Shown here piece after piece: positions 46,796 through 59,033 of a stretch of DNA of 64,000 bases. The position numbers were made by a program, and so were the translations under genes. Source of the DNA: Ramazzottius varieornatus (Eukaryota; Animalia; Tardigrada); the NCBI GenBank assembly GCA_001949185.1, contig BDGG01000001.1, positions 2,044,478-2,108,477 on the forward strand. Direction: 5' to 3'. The notes beneath the pieces are model-generated. The model was not told the origin of the DNA and searched no databases. It saw only the letters and a list, made by a program, of their open reading frames with translations. Within the stretch, counting starts at the first letter, position 1. Each line of letters opens with the position of its first letter.

Positions 46796-48958
46796 TTAAA
46801 ATCGATTGCTGTCCCATGAATTTGTCACATTACTATTGGCAAATTGTAATGTCTGCGAAGGGTATCCATCTTGGGACTCTTCGGCAGTAGGGTCGATATC
46901 CCATTGAGTCTCCGAACCCGCAGTCTGGTAATCAGACTGCGAGTCTACCATGTTCGGCGCCACTTTGGGGTTTACTCGGTTGACGTTCAGCGACCGATAC
47001 GCTGCTGCTGGCTGAAAAGCTATAGGGGCGCTAGGCTGGGTCGCGGGCTGGTAGACTTGCTGACCACTCGATGGTCGGAATGTTGGCTGGGGACTGAAAC
47101 TCGGTTGGGGACTGAAACTCGGTTGGGGTTGAGGTGTGAAGCTGGTTTGTGGTCGTAGCTGGCTCATGATGGGGGCGTTGCTGGAACCAAAGTTGCTGCT
47201 GGTGGGGAAAGACCCGTAGCTTGAAGAGGTGAAGCTACCGGAAGCGGCAGGTGCGCTGCCGTAGGACGTGGAGCCGTAACCGCCAGAGCCTTGGAGTCCA
47301 CCACTGGTACCGAAGCCCGTACCGCTGCTACCGAATTGAGTGTTCGATCCACCGAAAGACGACTGGCCACTCGAGAATCCGGTTTGTCCTAAAGAGACGA
47401 AAAAAGCACGTCTTTCCTTAAAGGATTTGTTTAATTCGCAGTATTCCAACAAAATGTTTTTCGATCCAAACAAGTGCGAGTTTCGAGCGCTATACAGTGT
47501 AATATGATTTTCAGGTTTGGCTGTGTGACAGTGTGTCAGTTAAAGCGGTCTTTACCATACCTCCACTATTGATGGATATGGCATTCGGATTATTGCCAGC
47601 TAAGGTTAGCGCACCTGATTGTCCACTTCCTGATCCGAAGCCCATTCCTTCGAAGCAAACAGTAATGGAAAGAGTGCATATTTTTAGCGGATAATATTGC
47701 AGATATTTACCCGAACTACCACTGGAGCCGAAGTTTCCACTTGCCCCAAAGTTTCCGGAGCTTCCTGAATTGCCCATACCACCGAAGTTCCCAGACGAGC
47801 CAAAATTGCTTGCTCCACCCGAGTTGAACGACCCTCCGGCTCCCTGTGTTCCACCAGAGCCGAAGGTACCGCCGGATCCAAAGTTGCCGGATGCGCCGAA
47901 ATTACCAGAAGAGCCCGAGTTACCCGCAGACCCAAAGTTACCTGACGCACCGAAGTTGCCCGAAGACCCTGAGTTTCCAGAAGCTCCGAAGTTGCCCGAA
48001 GACCCTGAGTTTCCAGAAGCTCCATAATTACCCGAGGCGCCGAAGTTCGAGCTTCCTCCACTGTTGAAAGACCCACCAGAGTTGAAGGAACCGCCACCTG
48101 CGACCAACTGGCCGGAACTACCCGAACCACCGTCGTCTAGCAGGCGGACTCCGGCACCCAGGTATATCCTGGGATTAGAGTAACTGAAGAACTGCTGGGA
48201 GCTGCAAACGAGAGAAAAGAACGGTGAGTTCGGTCCCGTGATGGTGGTGTTGTATTATCTACTTACTTCCCGCATTGAATGTTGTACCAGTAATCACTAA
48301 AAAGGAGGACAAGACAAAATGATCACAATTGGTTTCAGGGACATACTAGACCGCGGAGAAAGGGATCTTACCAGGTAAGAGTAATTTGGTTGAAGAGGGT
48401 TGAGACGGGACAGACATAAGTGTACAAAGGATTATTCGGCTCACAGCGATGGTAAACTACGAAGCGAAGGATTCCTTATTGAAAAGACTTTTTGTGACTG
48501 ACTTTTTGTTTTGACAGGGCGGAACGTTTACCTTGACATCCGCTCTGGATGTTGACGTAATAGCCTGGACCGGGGACGCTGTTGCAGTCAAACTGGACAT
48601 TCTGGGGAGCCTGGACCAAATTTGGGTAAGTCTGACCAGGAACCGCTTGGAGTATCAGCTGCAGAACTTCAGCTGCGTTGTAAGGTCCACGACCTCGAAG
48701 TTGATCGAGGGCGGCAAAGGCAGGTGGGTTTTGAGGTGGCGCTCCTTGGCCTTGTACCTACAAGTCGAAAATCGATCACACTCCAGTTTTGAACATTCAG
48801 TTGAACATTGTTCTGAACAAACCCCATTTCTAACAGGGTAAAAATCAGTCGCTGAAATTCGAGAGCCGTCGATTGGCTCTCCACTGAGAGTTGCTTACGT
48901 TTACAGGGTCGCGCCATATGGTAAGGATGATAGCGAGCACTAAAGATATCCTGTCCAT
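46796..48958 (-). CDS. Secreted CBM14 (peritrophin-A) chitin-binding protein with Gly/Ser/Asn/Phe-rich repeat tail
   Basis: Signal peptide MDRISLVLAIILTIW. Spliced exons give PGQTYPNL..FDCNSVPGPGYYVNIQSGCQVYHRCEP..YTYVCPVSTLFNQITLTCDYWYNIQC (6 Cys), then SNPRIY and GNSGSSGNFGAS repeats. Confidence 0.85.
47710..48107 (-). repeat. Coding tandem repeats (18/36-nt units; GNSGSS/GNFGAS)
   Basis: ccgaagttgcccgaagaccctgagtttccagaagct units and variants. Confidence 0.85.
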
Positions 48959-49696
48959 GGCTGAACGAAAAGGAAACGGGAAATGAAGTATAGTCCGGGC
49001 CGAAACAAGATAAATGACCAAAGAAGACGATGGCGCGTTGACGAAGGTCCTCAAGTATGAATGAAAAGGTGAGATAAGTTCGTGCGAGACCGATATCGTT
49101 ACCGTATCATTATCCGCAAGTACTTAGCATGGCGATGACACAAGAAAAACAAGGATCCAGTATTACGCATAATATTTTCACTACTTAGAGGTACGTCTTC
49201 GGTGGATGATGCGCTGGACGAGCGATGACGCTGGACAGGTCGAAACGGAAGAAGGGGCCTGATGATCCGGGTAGGGTAATATTGTGACAATCGTCGTAAT
49301 GTTTATATTCTGACCCAGCCTGCCACTGCCATGCCATGCTTGTCATGTCGGGCCGTTGTTTGTGCAACGGTCGGCACTTTCTCGGCCAATATTATGTTAG
49401 ACTAAAACATTCAGAGCACAATACTCGGCATGCACTCCATACAGTGGTCATTGTTGCCACGTTGAGGGAAACCCTTCCAAAAAAGTCGTTGCATACACTT
49501 CACGGAATCTGCCTGAACACTATTGAAAAGTCAATGCTGAAATTTCTTATTGTTGTTTTCCACAGGGGAATTTTTCTTGGCGACATGGATACAGAACATC
49601 CTTTTTTGAACATTTTTGAGACACTGTGAAAATACAGACTTGGTTATCTGTCTTATTCAAAACGAAAGAGAAAGAAGACATTGGAGTATTCTATCG

Positions 49697-51606
49697 TTAT
49701 TGTACGGGGAAAAGAGATGGTGCAACAGTCACTGCATGGTTTGGCCGGAGAACGCGGCGTTGGCGTGGCGGTACTGTTGTGTTTGGCTGGGCTTCTTGGC
49801 TTCGTGGCCCTGTACCTTGTGTCGACGGGAGTGTCCATGCTTCCATGGCCAAGTCCATTAGTCGTTGACGAGGCCGTGCTCGCAGAGTTTGTAACTGTAA
49901 GAATTGCATGGGTTGATTCAAAGATGGGCGGCTGGTAGTATTTCTTGATGGGTTTGAGGTTGGCGCATTCGTGGAACGGATTGTTGTGGCTTCGGTTGGA
50001 AGATTTGTCTGGGAAGTTGGCTCTTGGTCGTCAGCTTCCGATGGTGGTGGGAAGCTAAAGAGCGGGGAAGCAAAGCGCTCGCTGGCGAAGAAAAGTGACG
50101 CGCCAGGTGGCAATGGTGTCGCATCATTTCGCGGTTTTTCGTTCCTCATGGGCAGAGCCGTTTTCTCGGGAAATTCAGCCTGTGAAAGACGCTTAAATAA
50201 GTTGGAAAAGAAACTTTCAACTTGAGCTGCGATGTTGGCAAATGCCTTAAACAGGATCTTTTGCCAGCGGCGCAAACCTTCAGCTGAAAACAGCGAGAAC
50301 GTGCGTCACTTGAGTTGGCGTTCACGCTCAGTTCATCTGGCGACGTCCGAATTAATGGACAAGTCTAGCTTACCGGTACTGGGTTTGGTACTGGTATGTC
50401 TAGCTGCCTGGCTCCCGGCATGACCAGCTCGTCGTGGCGAGTTTGTGGGTTTGGGGCGTGTTGAATTTGGTGCGGCTTGACCGGTTCGCGATCGTTGTTT
50501 GGATGTTCCGCAATAGCCATTAGCGGTGTATCAGGTGCCGCTTCGTCATTCGGGTTTCCGGGGAAGGAATCGGAGTCTTCCAGCTGGAACTGGCGGAAGG
50601 GTGTCATGAGTCGCGCATCTGGGCGATCGCGGCCGAAATCCCGACCGCGATTTGGTTCTTGCGGAAGTCTGTTCACGGAAGGTCCGTCAGTCGGGTCCTC
50701 CAGGAACTTGCCGTTTATGAACATGCGGGGGTTCGAGTACGAATAGAAAGCTACCGCCCTAAAAGCGTGACAAGCACCGATGCAAAACAATAAAAATACG
50801 GAAGGCTGAAGGAAATATCAGTTGAAGCGGAATGAATTCTGATACTTGGCGCAGTCCACATTGTAGAACCAGTCACAAACAAGCGTCACTTGGTTGAAGA
50901 GCTATGAATGAGAAGATCGATTGGTCAGAGGTCTGGATCGGTTTTGAATTTCTGAAATTATTCTGATAACTTACGGTTTTGTTCGGACAAATGAAAGATG
51001 TCATGGTTCCGTCAATATCGCATCGCCTATGAGACAAAGGTTCGGAAACCGCTCGTTATAATTATATCAGCAAATTTCTCAAGTGTATACCTGTAAACTT
51101 GGCAGTGGGCGCTCTGGTCCGCGTAGTATCTGAGAACAAAGAACAATGCAGTTTCATCTTTCTCCGTTTTGCAGGATGGGATCATCCGATCATGCGTCCA
51201 GTTGCGCTGTCCTTACCCCGGCTGCGGGACTTGTTTACATCGAAAGCCGGTTTGCGGTATTTCTTTAAGGACCGGGTACGTGACTCCTACGAACGACAAG
51301 TAAGCCTTGCTCACATATCACGTTATAAACAACGTTTGCAACGTTCACCACACCTGGAATGGCGTTTGCCATAGTTTCACGTATATCTCCGACATAGTTG
51401 TTGCTTTGCAGGGACTTCAGAACACGTAATTGCTCCAGTGCGACAGAAGCTGGTGGTCCTTGGGCGGAAGCTCTGGATTCACTACACTGTACAGCAAAGG
51501 AAGAAGGTGAAGAGGCCAGATTTGGTAGCGTGAAGGAACAAACACTACATACCAAGAGGGTCAACAGGAAAATGCAAATCAGCCGGAAACAGGCATCGAT
51601 ATCCAT
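49697..51606 (-). CDS. Secreted CBM14 chitin-binding protein with Pro/Thr-rich tail (paralog 2)
   Basis: Signal peptide; microexons give PGVTYPVLKEIPQTGFRCKQVPQPGYYADQSAHCQVYRRCDIDGTMTSFICPNKTLFNQVTLVCDWFYNVDC, then FYSYSNPR. Confidence 0.85.
50229..50349. repeat. Palindromic element copy P16 (core 50265-50311)
   Basis: gcgatgttggcaaatg...cagcggcgcaa...gtgcgtcactt...ttcatctggcgacgtccg; intron 50180-50373. Confidence 0.82.
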
Positions 51607-52963
51607 TTTCCTAAGGTGCGCCACTGTTGCGAGGTTGAATAAACAAAAACAGAAAAATAATTTCGATAATCTGCTGCGATTCCTACAGTACGACAAGTCA
51701 GTTTCCCTACTGGATACTTTGAACGTTCGGCGCTAGAAATTAAGTCAGTAGAGCAATGGGTCTCACATAGTAAATGTTTGCACAAACGTTCGCGTTTTAT
51801 ATTGGAGGTAGGATCGTCCAATTGTTTAGGGAATTAAGTCGCTTGTGTAACAGTGTTGGTACTGACGCCAGTGGACGACGCTGAAAGAAACGCACTATAG
51901 TGTTGACGTTGTCGGTGAATGGAGGAACAAAAGGGGAGCTTTAGTGTTTTGTGGCCCACAATGGCGTATACATGCAGTAAGCACTGTCTTGACATTTGCA
52001 CTTCCGGTAGCAAAGCCTATGGTTGGCCGTATTGGTACACGGTGGCTAGTGCGCACTACAGCGGCCCTATTGTTCGAAGAGCGCCATTTGGCACAAATGT
52101 GAAGAGCTTAACACCCTCACAGCATATTTTCTGCCGGGTTTAAAGTCTGTAGGCCAGTAAGTTAACCCTGCAAGAACTTGGTCCGAGTACCATAAATGCC
52201 CAGTAAGCCTAAGATCCCACACAAAGTTTTCGAAAAACACACCGGAAAACTGAAGGGAAACTAGGAATATGCGTAGTGGACTACTCTTTCTGCAAATTTT
52301 TACACAGAGTTATCGAACCTCTCGGATAAGCGATGTGAATTTAGCAGCCAAATCCACGGAACAGTATGCCTGGTTCACAGTGCATTTTTCTACGTGTTTT
52401 ACAAAAGACTACGAGGAGGGCGATATAAGTCCAGCATACCGGTTTTCCTGACATAATTCGGGCAAATTTATCTCGATGACTTTCACACCTACAGTATCTG
52501 TCTACTTTTTCTTCCAGGGGATAGAAAAACCTGTTTGCTAAAGCTCTCAATAGGTCTGACGATAAGACGAACTCAGAAGTCCAGGAAATCTTTTCCGGGA
52601 AGAAGCGGTATGCCTGATGTTAAAAAGCCAGATATGCTGTATCAACAGGCGTACGATGAGAGGAGATCAATCAAGCGTTAACGGTTACGCTTAACGTTTT
52701 TGCGTTGCCCGAACTATGTCCCCCTCCTCGTACGAGTGATCTTTCGGTCCGCCAACATCGTCATGGTGATCGGTCATGCTCGAGGCCCAGATCCTACGTA
52801 CGTTAGACCACAGAGCAACTGGAGTATCTGGCGAAGAGTTCCGCCCGTCATGATGCACTAAATAATCTCGAAGACCTTATTCGCTAGAACAGATTTATCC
52901 ATGATGAGAACCTTACACAGTCTGCATATCCGAAGTAAGAAAGGCGAGTAAATCAAGTCCGGA

Positions 52964-54631
52964 ATGATGAACGCTGCTTCGTCATACTTTTGTTTCAACT
53001 GCGAGGACCGCACAACCGTGAATGAATTGGTAATTTTAGGCAATATAGATCATTGAACTTCTAGTAAACACTAAGCGGGAACACGATTCAGACGGACTTT
53101 CAAACTATTACTTACCTTGGTTTCTCTGCAGGACCTCACCTGCGAACGCTGTGGTGGAGAATTCGTCCAGGCGGTTAACGAGTCCGACATACCTGTTCTG
53201 ATGGATCCACGAATTCCTCGACGGACAGCGCAGGCAACAGTCAGCCCTTCCCCGGAAGAGGATGACACCTACCTCAACTCGTTGGCCCCGCTGCGGGATG
53301 CCTTGAACGATGTACGTTGCCTATGGAAAAATTCGTCCTTCTCGAACTTCTTTGTGCTAAGTGATACTTATTTCAGTTTGCCCGAACTTTAGGTTCCCAT
53401 GGTCTTCCACCTGTACTGAACGACCGTCACGCCTCCCACAGCGGTAAAAAGCTACTGTAACGTGGGATTGCGAGAATGAACTTACCCAAATCACTTTCCT
53501 GAGTGGCGCACGCTCTTAGCCAGTACCTATGATCATGTGCACCACTTGACATGGCCATCTGGGTGAACTCATTTGCCGACGTCCCAAGTTGGTCACTGGC
53601 TTTGTCGGCCTGTCCGTTAGAGGTTGTTACTAACCTACATCTGATTTCCGGTCATAGCTAACAGGCATGCTCTCAGTTTGGGTTTCCGGCTGGTTCGCGA
53701 GCCTACGCCTACAAGGCAGTCCACTCCGATGTTGAGTAACCTTAGTTCGGTCGTTGAGGAGATGAGCAACGACACGGAGATTATGCCTCCTCTAACGGAC
53801 AGTGATGATGATGATATGCCCGGTCTGGAGCCCAATGAAGAGCAACCCAACGACTTACGGAATCTCTTCCAGCCAGTGCGCGTCCATTTCCAAGTTAACG
53901 CCCCTACACCCGGCCAGCCACAGTAAGGAGCCAGTCAGCTCCTGTCCTTCTATTTCCACGTTCATACGTTCCGCGGGACTTGAAAGTGATGTGAGCTTTG
54001 TTTTCAGTATCAATATGGATCCGCAGTTTCTGCGCATAGTCATGCGGGAGTATAACGAACGAACGAACCGGAACCTGACTCAGCAGTTTTTCACGCATGC
54101 CGCCAGTTCCTTTGAACGGGTGAACAACGTGCTGGTAGACCTAGTGAGCAACATGTTACGACAGGAGCAGGGTACGAAGCCCATTACGGAGGAACAGCTC
54201 CAAAATATCCCTGTCCATCCCGTCGATCCATCCATGCTTGGTTAGTCGCCCTTCCCATTCTCTGTGCTAAACCTTCGTTTAGTTTACAGATCCACTTTCA
54301 GGTGAAAATCCAGCTTGTGCGGTATGCCTCGAGCCTTTTGCTGTGGACCAATCGTACAAGAATATTACATGCCAGCACCGCTTCCACCCCTATTGTTTGG
54401 ACCGATGGCTTCTTACTGTAAGGAAGATTTCGTTCATGGTGATCTATCGAAAATACCTGTCTGGTACCTGACTGAAATTTACCAAGCTAATTGAATTTTC
54501 GTGCTTTGCAGCACGGAAATTGTCCTGTTTGTCGCACGCCATACTGCACAGACACTACAACGACAGAGGTCGCTATCGACACACCGGTTATCGACAGCTC
54601 AGTTACGTCAACAATGGACAGTTTAGACTGA
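52964..54631 (+). CDS. RNF115/RNF126-like E3 ubiquitin ligase (N-terminal Zn ribbon + RING-H2)
   Basis: YFCFNCE...DLTCERCGGEFVQ; CAVCLEPF...[26 protein letters not shown]. Confidence 0.85.
53464..53585. repeat. Palindromic element copy P17 (core 53501-53547)
   Basis: aatgaacttacccaaatc..gagtggcgcac...gtgcaccactt..atctgggtgaactcatttgccgacgtccc; intron 53444-53657. Confidence 0.9.
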
Positions 54632-54663
54632 AGTCACCTCCGCTTGGTCGGTATGGTCCAAGC

Positions 54664-57147
54664 TTAGTAGTTTGTGTTGGTTTCGGATTGAAAATCGTTT
54701 TCCGAACTGTTGCTGTGAGCGAACTGTAACCGTTGAAACAGTCCGCTGTCTTGCTGTGGAACTCCCTCTGTTGGTCCAGTGAAGCTTGGTTCCGTTTGTG
54801 GCTGGGTACGAGCCGGTGAAGGACCATTCATTTGATTGAGTCTCGTGTCTATGGGCTTGAACACCGATCCTGTAAACAGCCGGAACATGCCGGAAGTTGG
54901 CTGGTAGTCGTCGTCGAACTGGACAGACTGCGGCACTTGGCCCAGTTCGTCTTGATGCGACACCGTAAAGTATCTACTGGTGGAGGAAGACACTTCTTCA
55001 TCTTGGTCATGGCTTCTTTGTGAAACCGATGTCGTTGTTTCCACGGGGTCAGGGTCGGTGAGAGGTATCCAAGTATTCATGAAGTCGGAATGGACAGAGA
55101 GCTGTCGGCTTAATCCAGAGGGCGCTTCGGTCGGGATGAAGTTGGAATCGAAAGTTGGGAGGACCCAATCGCCCATTCTGGCATCCGGCTGAGTATTAGC
55201 CTGGCTTTGCTGGTCGAATGGTTGCCTGGTATAGTCTGGGGAGCCATTGTCGGGTGGAAAGTTTCGGCTGGTGGGGTTAAAGTCCTGAGGGAACCTTCTT
55301 TCAGAAGGTTTATCCACTTGCGGGTTGAACGAACTGGCGAACTGGTCGTTTCGGTTTTGTGGGTCGAAGATCTGCGAGATGATGTTCGGGCTATTCGAAT
55401 TCAAAGGCGGGTTAACGTTCTGTGGTCGACGGTCGAATGAATCTAGCTGCTGTGGTTCGGACATAAGTTGGAAGTTTGACGGAAGGTTTTGGGTGAACCT
55501 GGCGGGTATTGTGGGAACGAATATCTCGGTTGGGACCGCGGACTGATGAAAAGGAAAGGGCGTGGCCGCTGGTGCAGCTTGGATGGCTGGACTCATCGTG
55601 GGAACCCTCTTGTCGTTAACGGCCACCCGACGAAAGTTTTCTTGGTCTTGATCCGCGTCTGCGAACGAGGGTCGGGTCCGCTGGCTTTGAGGTTGAGAAA
55701 ACAAGAGTTTGTTTCGGGTGAGGAGATCGCCACCCGGTAGCGATGTTTCTCCAAACGCTGGGCCTTGTTGTCGCACTGGTGGTGGTAGGTGTATTGATTT
55801 GAAGGACGACGGAGGCGTTGACGTGAATGGAACGAAATCCGTTTGTGGTGGAGCTGAAACGACTTGTGGTGGATTGATAAACGTTCGCATCTAACCGAAA
55901 AATAAAGAAATTCTGCATATGTACTGTGAGAATTGTGTGTCTATCAAGATCAATGTCAGGGCATTATTCAAGCAATAATTCCAATTTCGATATTATGTAC
56001 AGTACTTGGTTATTCATGGAGTTATCAGACTGTGGTGGAAGTCTTCGACGGAGCATTTTGGAGTTGAAAAGCCCGGCTACGGACTGTCGATGTCCTGCTG
56101 ATGGCATATTCGGCATTACAGAAGGTCCCATCTGAGCGTTGTACGCCGGCTGGACGGAGTTCACGTTGCTCTGCAGAGACTGGGTTGGTACATTGGAAGC
56201 CGGAACTCTGCTGTCAGGTCCACTGGTGTACATTGTCATGGGCTTTTGGGCATTGACAGATGGATCCTTAATGTCAGGGATGACAATAGGAATGATGCGA
56301 GATTGAGCGGTATCGAAATTGGGCTGGTTGACGAAACCCGGAAGTGCGGAGGCTGCAGTGGGGCTAGAGGTCACGTTCCCATCGTTAGCTGGAAAAACAG
56401 ACCACGATTACGACTGCGAGAACAAGAGAATTCCCTGTGTGAGACTGGGTCTGATGGGATGCACCATTCTGCAGAAAGGTGACGTTGGGGCCGAGGTACA
56501 GTCGGGGATTCGAATAATCGTAAAACTGCGTTGACTTCTCGCACTGCACGTTATACCACCAGTCGCCTAAAAAACCCAGTTTAATTTTTTAGCTGAAGAA
56601 CGATTGATAAAGCATGGGCAACAGAGTTATCAAGATCCTACAGTTGAGGATGATCTGGTTGAATAGTTTCCCGACCGGACACAGATAAGTATACAGCGGT
56701 GAGTTCAGCTCGCATCGGTAATAGACTTGACATCCGTAATCTGGGAAAAACAATGCCCGCTTCATTTTTTGTCGGGATGGGCTGTTTGGCTGTCGGTATT
56801 ATGGTTGTCAGTTATTACCCGGATCAGCGTAATAGCCTGTTTGATGGACGTTTGCGCAACGGAAGGAAACATCTTCTGGAAGCTTGGTTATGTTTGGGTA
56901 GCTGATGCCGGGTGAAGCGGTGGCTGTCAAATTGGCTATTTCGGCGGCAGTATATTCCCCGGTGCGTCCTCGGAGAATATCAAGAGCCATGTTAGCTGGA
57001 ATATCGGTGGCGGAAAGCACGGATAAGCTTCCTGACGTTACCTATAAAAAGATCCCTCGTTCCACATTTTACAGGTCGCACGAGGTGAAAATAACTTGCG
57101 CCACGTTTTACGTACCAAAAAGAAGCCGAACACATGAAAATATTCAT
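54664..57147 (-). CDS. CBM14 chitin-binding protein with long Pro/Gln/Ser/Phe-rich tail (paralog 3); start uncertain
   Basis: PGISYPNITKLPEDVSFRCANVHQTGYYADPDYGCQVYYRCELNSPLYTYLCPVGKLFNQIILNCDWWYNVQCEKSTQFYDYSNPRLY, followed by ORFs 55964-56374 and 54664-55890. Confidence 0.82.
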
Positions 57148-59033
57148 CAAAGTTGCGTGACATGTTGGTAACTGGACGTAGTATGCTCCAAACTATACTC
57201 AAGCAAACCTGAACCTACTAACTTATATCCATTATAGAAATGAATAAAGCTGAATGACAAGACGAATCGAAACCGCAAGCGGAAGCTGGTACGTGTACCT
57301 GCCGATACTCGAGGACCTACGTGGGATTGAGCTGATACTGACGGTCGGTTATTATTGCGACCTGCTTTCGCGGTTGGCAACTGAGATCAGAGATCTTGCT
57401 GTGCGATGCAGTAAAGACAATATTTTTCTCCGATCTTTCTACATTGTTTCGACTACCAAAATAATTAGAGTGGGCGGAAATGAAACAGTGGAGGATTTCT
57501 GTAGGAAATCCAGCTCAGGTGGCGCCACTATACAATTGGAAATTAATTTGCATGTACTCGTACCTGTACATCGTACTTCAGTTTATCCGTATTCCTGAAA
57601 AATATTGTCGTAAAACATCCCAGCCACCCCCAAGATCGTATGGGAGTGCAAAGTTTTGATGTAGATGTAGTATGATCCAGGATTACCGAGGACCGTCTTC
57701 CACCACTGAAGTTGCTCCGCCGAGTATGGCCAGAAGAACGATATGAACTCACCATGGGTTTCTGGTGTCAGCCAAGAGTTGCAGCTTGAGAATAGGGAGA
57801 ATTTACAAGAGTTACTGTGATGATGATCCCCGCTGCGGCCAGAGCAGTAATTCCTGCTTCCAGTTCTTCCGCCGTTTTCTGGTCAAAAGTTTTGTTACAG
57901 CGAGGAAATCGCACGACCCTGCCGAATTGAGCGAGATCTTCAGGGTTGCCATTCCACTTTCTCTTCGGGATGAGATTGCGGTCCAGTATCTTCTGCTATT
58001 CTGCTGGAAAAGATTGAAGGTGAAAGGGTGGCGAAAAGCCACAAGGTTTCCCGGATAAAGGACTCAAGCTGGAATTTTGATATGGATCATTTTGTTGTAC
58101 GTAAACGAAGTTTATGATGTTGTATTGCAAAAGCAAATCGTCTTCCCGGAGTAATATGTCTCTCGTTTCTTGTTCCCACTCACTGCAGAAGCCCTTCAGG
58201 CAGCATTTAGTCTACTTGAAAAACACGATACCCTTTTTGAATCGTACTTGACGGAAAAGTATGTTCTTCCAAAGGAACGAAACTCTGTACAGATAAGCTG
58301 ATATTATTCGACCAAGACACCAAATCGAAGAGAGACCTCGGCAAACAAACTCGACCGGATCGTATTTCTTTCCTTCAGCCAAACACCAAAAGGAAACAAA
58401 CTCGGGGATACTGGCGGAGTTGATGTTCGCCTCGGTCTTGGTTCGGTAATCCTTGGTGAGTGGAAGCCTCGTCTTCCAGCTCTTGTCAGAAGGGTCGAAG
58501 GGGGGTGGCACAGACAGCGGCATCAAACAAAGGTCAGGAAGAGCTGAACCTGCAAGGAGGGGACGGAAGTCAGGAATACTCGTGGAACACAACAGCTCTA
58601 GAAGGGAAACCTCCACGTCAAAGTTCAGCCAGGTAGGAAGGATCGCTCACCTGAACTTACAGGAAGCTCACAGGATAACATGAACAAAGTCTGGAACAGG
58701 TAAAATGCTGAGACGAAAACGTAGGAAAGTTGTGAAACTGTGGAAGGCTCAGCCGTAGCCGTCCATTGGCCGGTTTCTTTGTTGTGGGCAGCGACAAATG
58801 CTGCGACTTCCAGATAAACATTCCATGCACCACGGGATGGCCTGACAGAAAGCTTTAATTTTGATCGAAAGAAGGCATTTTGGCAGGCCGTCGCGGAGAA
58901 TTCATGTGGGAGACTTCTGATTTTATCCTGGCATTTTCCTGCTTTGCTAAATCATTGTTTCGGTTGATATGATCGTCTTCTGGCTTGATCTGGAGTCTTA
59001 ACTTCCTTTCTGCCGGATCTAGGTTCTTGAGAG

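Noticed and set aside
47770-48067. Plus-strand PKLPEDPEFPEA repeat ORFs
   Set aside because: Antisense shadow of the Gly/Ser/Asn repeat exon of the minus-strand CBM14 gene.
50844-50891. Apparent extra palindrome copy (acttggcgcag...aagcgtcactt)
   Set aside because: It is a coding exon of CBM14 paralog 2 (LFNQVTLVCDWFYNVDCA); the span is 48 bp and no consensus flanks are present.
57543-58700. Protein-like minus-strand fragments between CBM14 paralog 3 and the Tudor gene
   Set aside because: Interrupted by stops, with no recognisable domain or consistent splice chain; may be a decayed element, but I cannot support a call.
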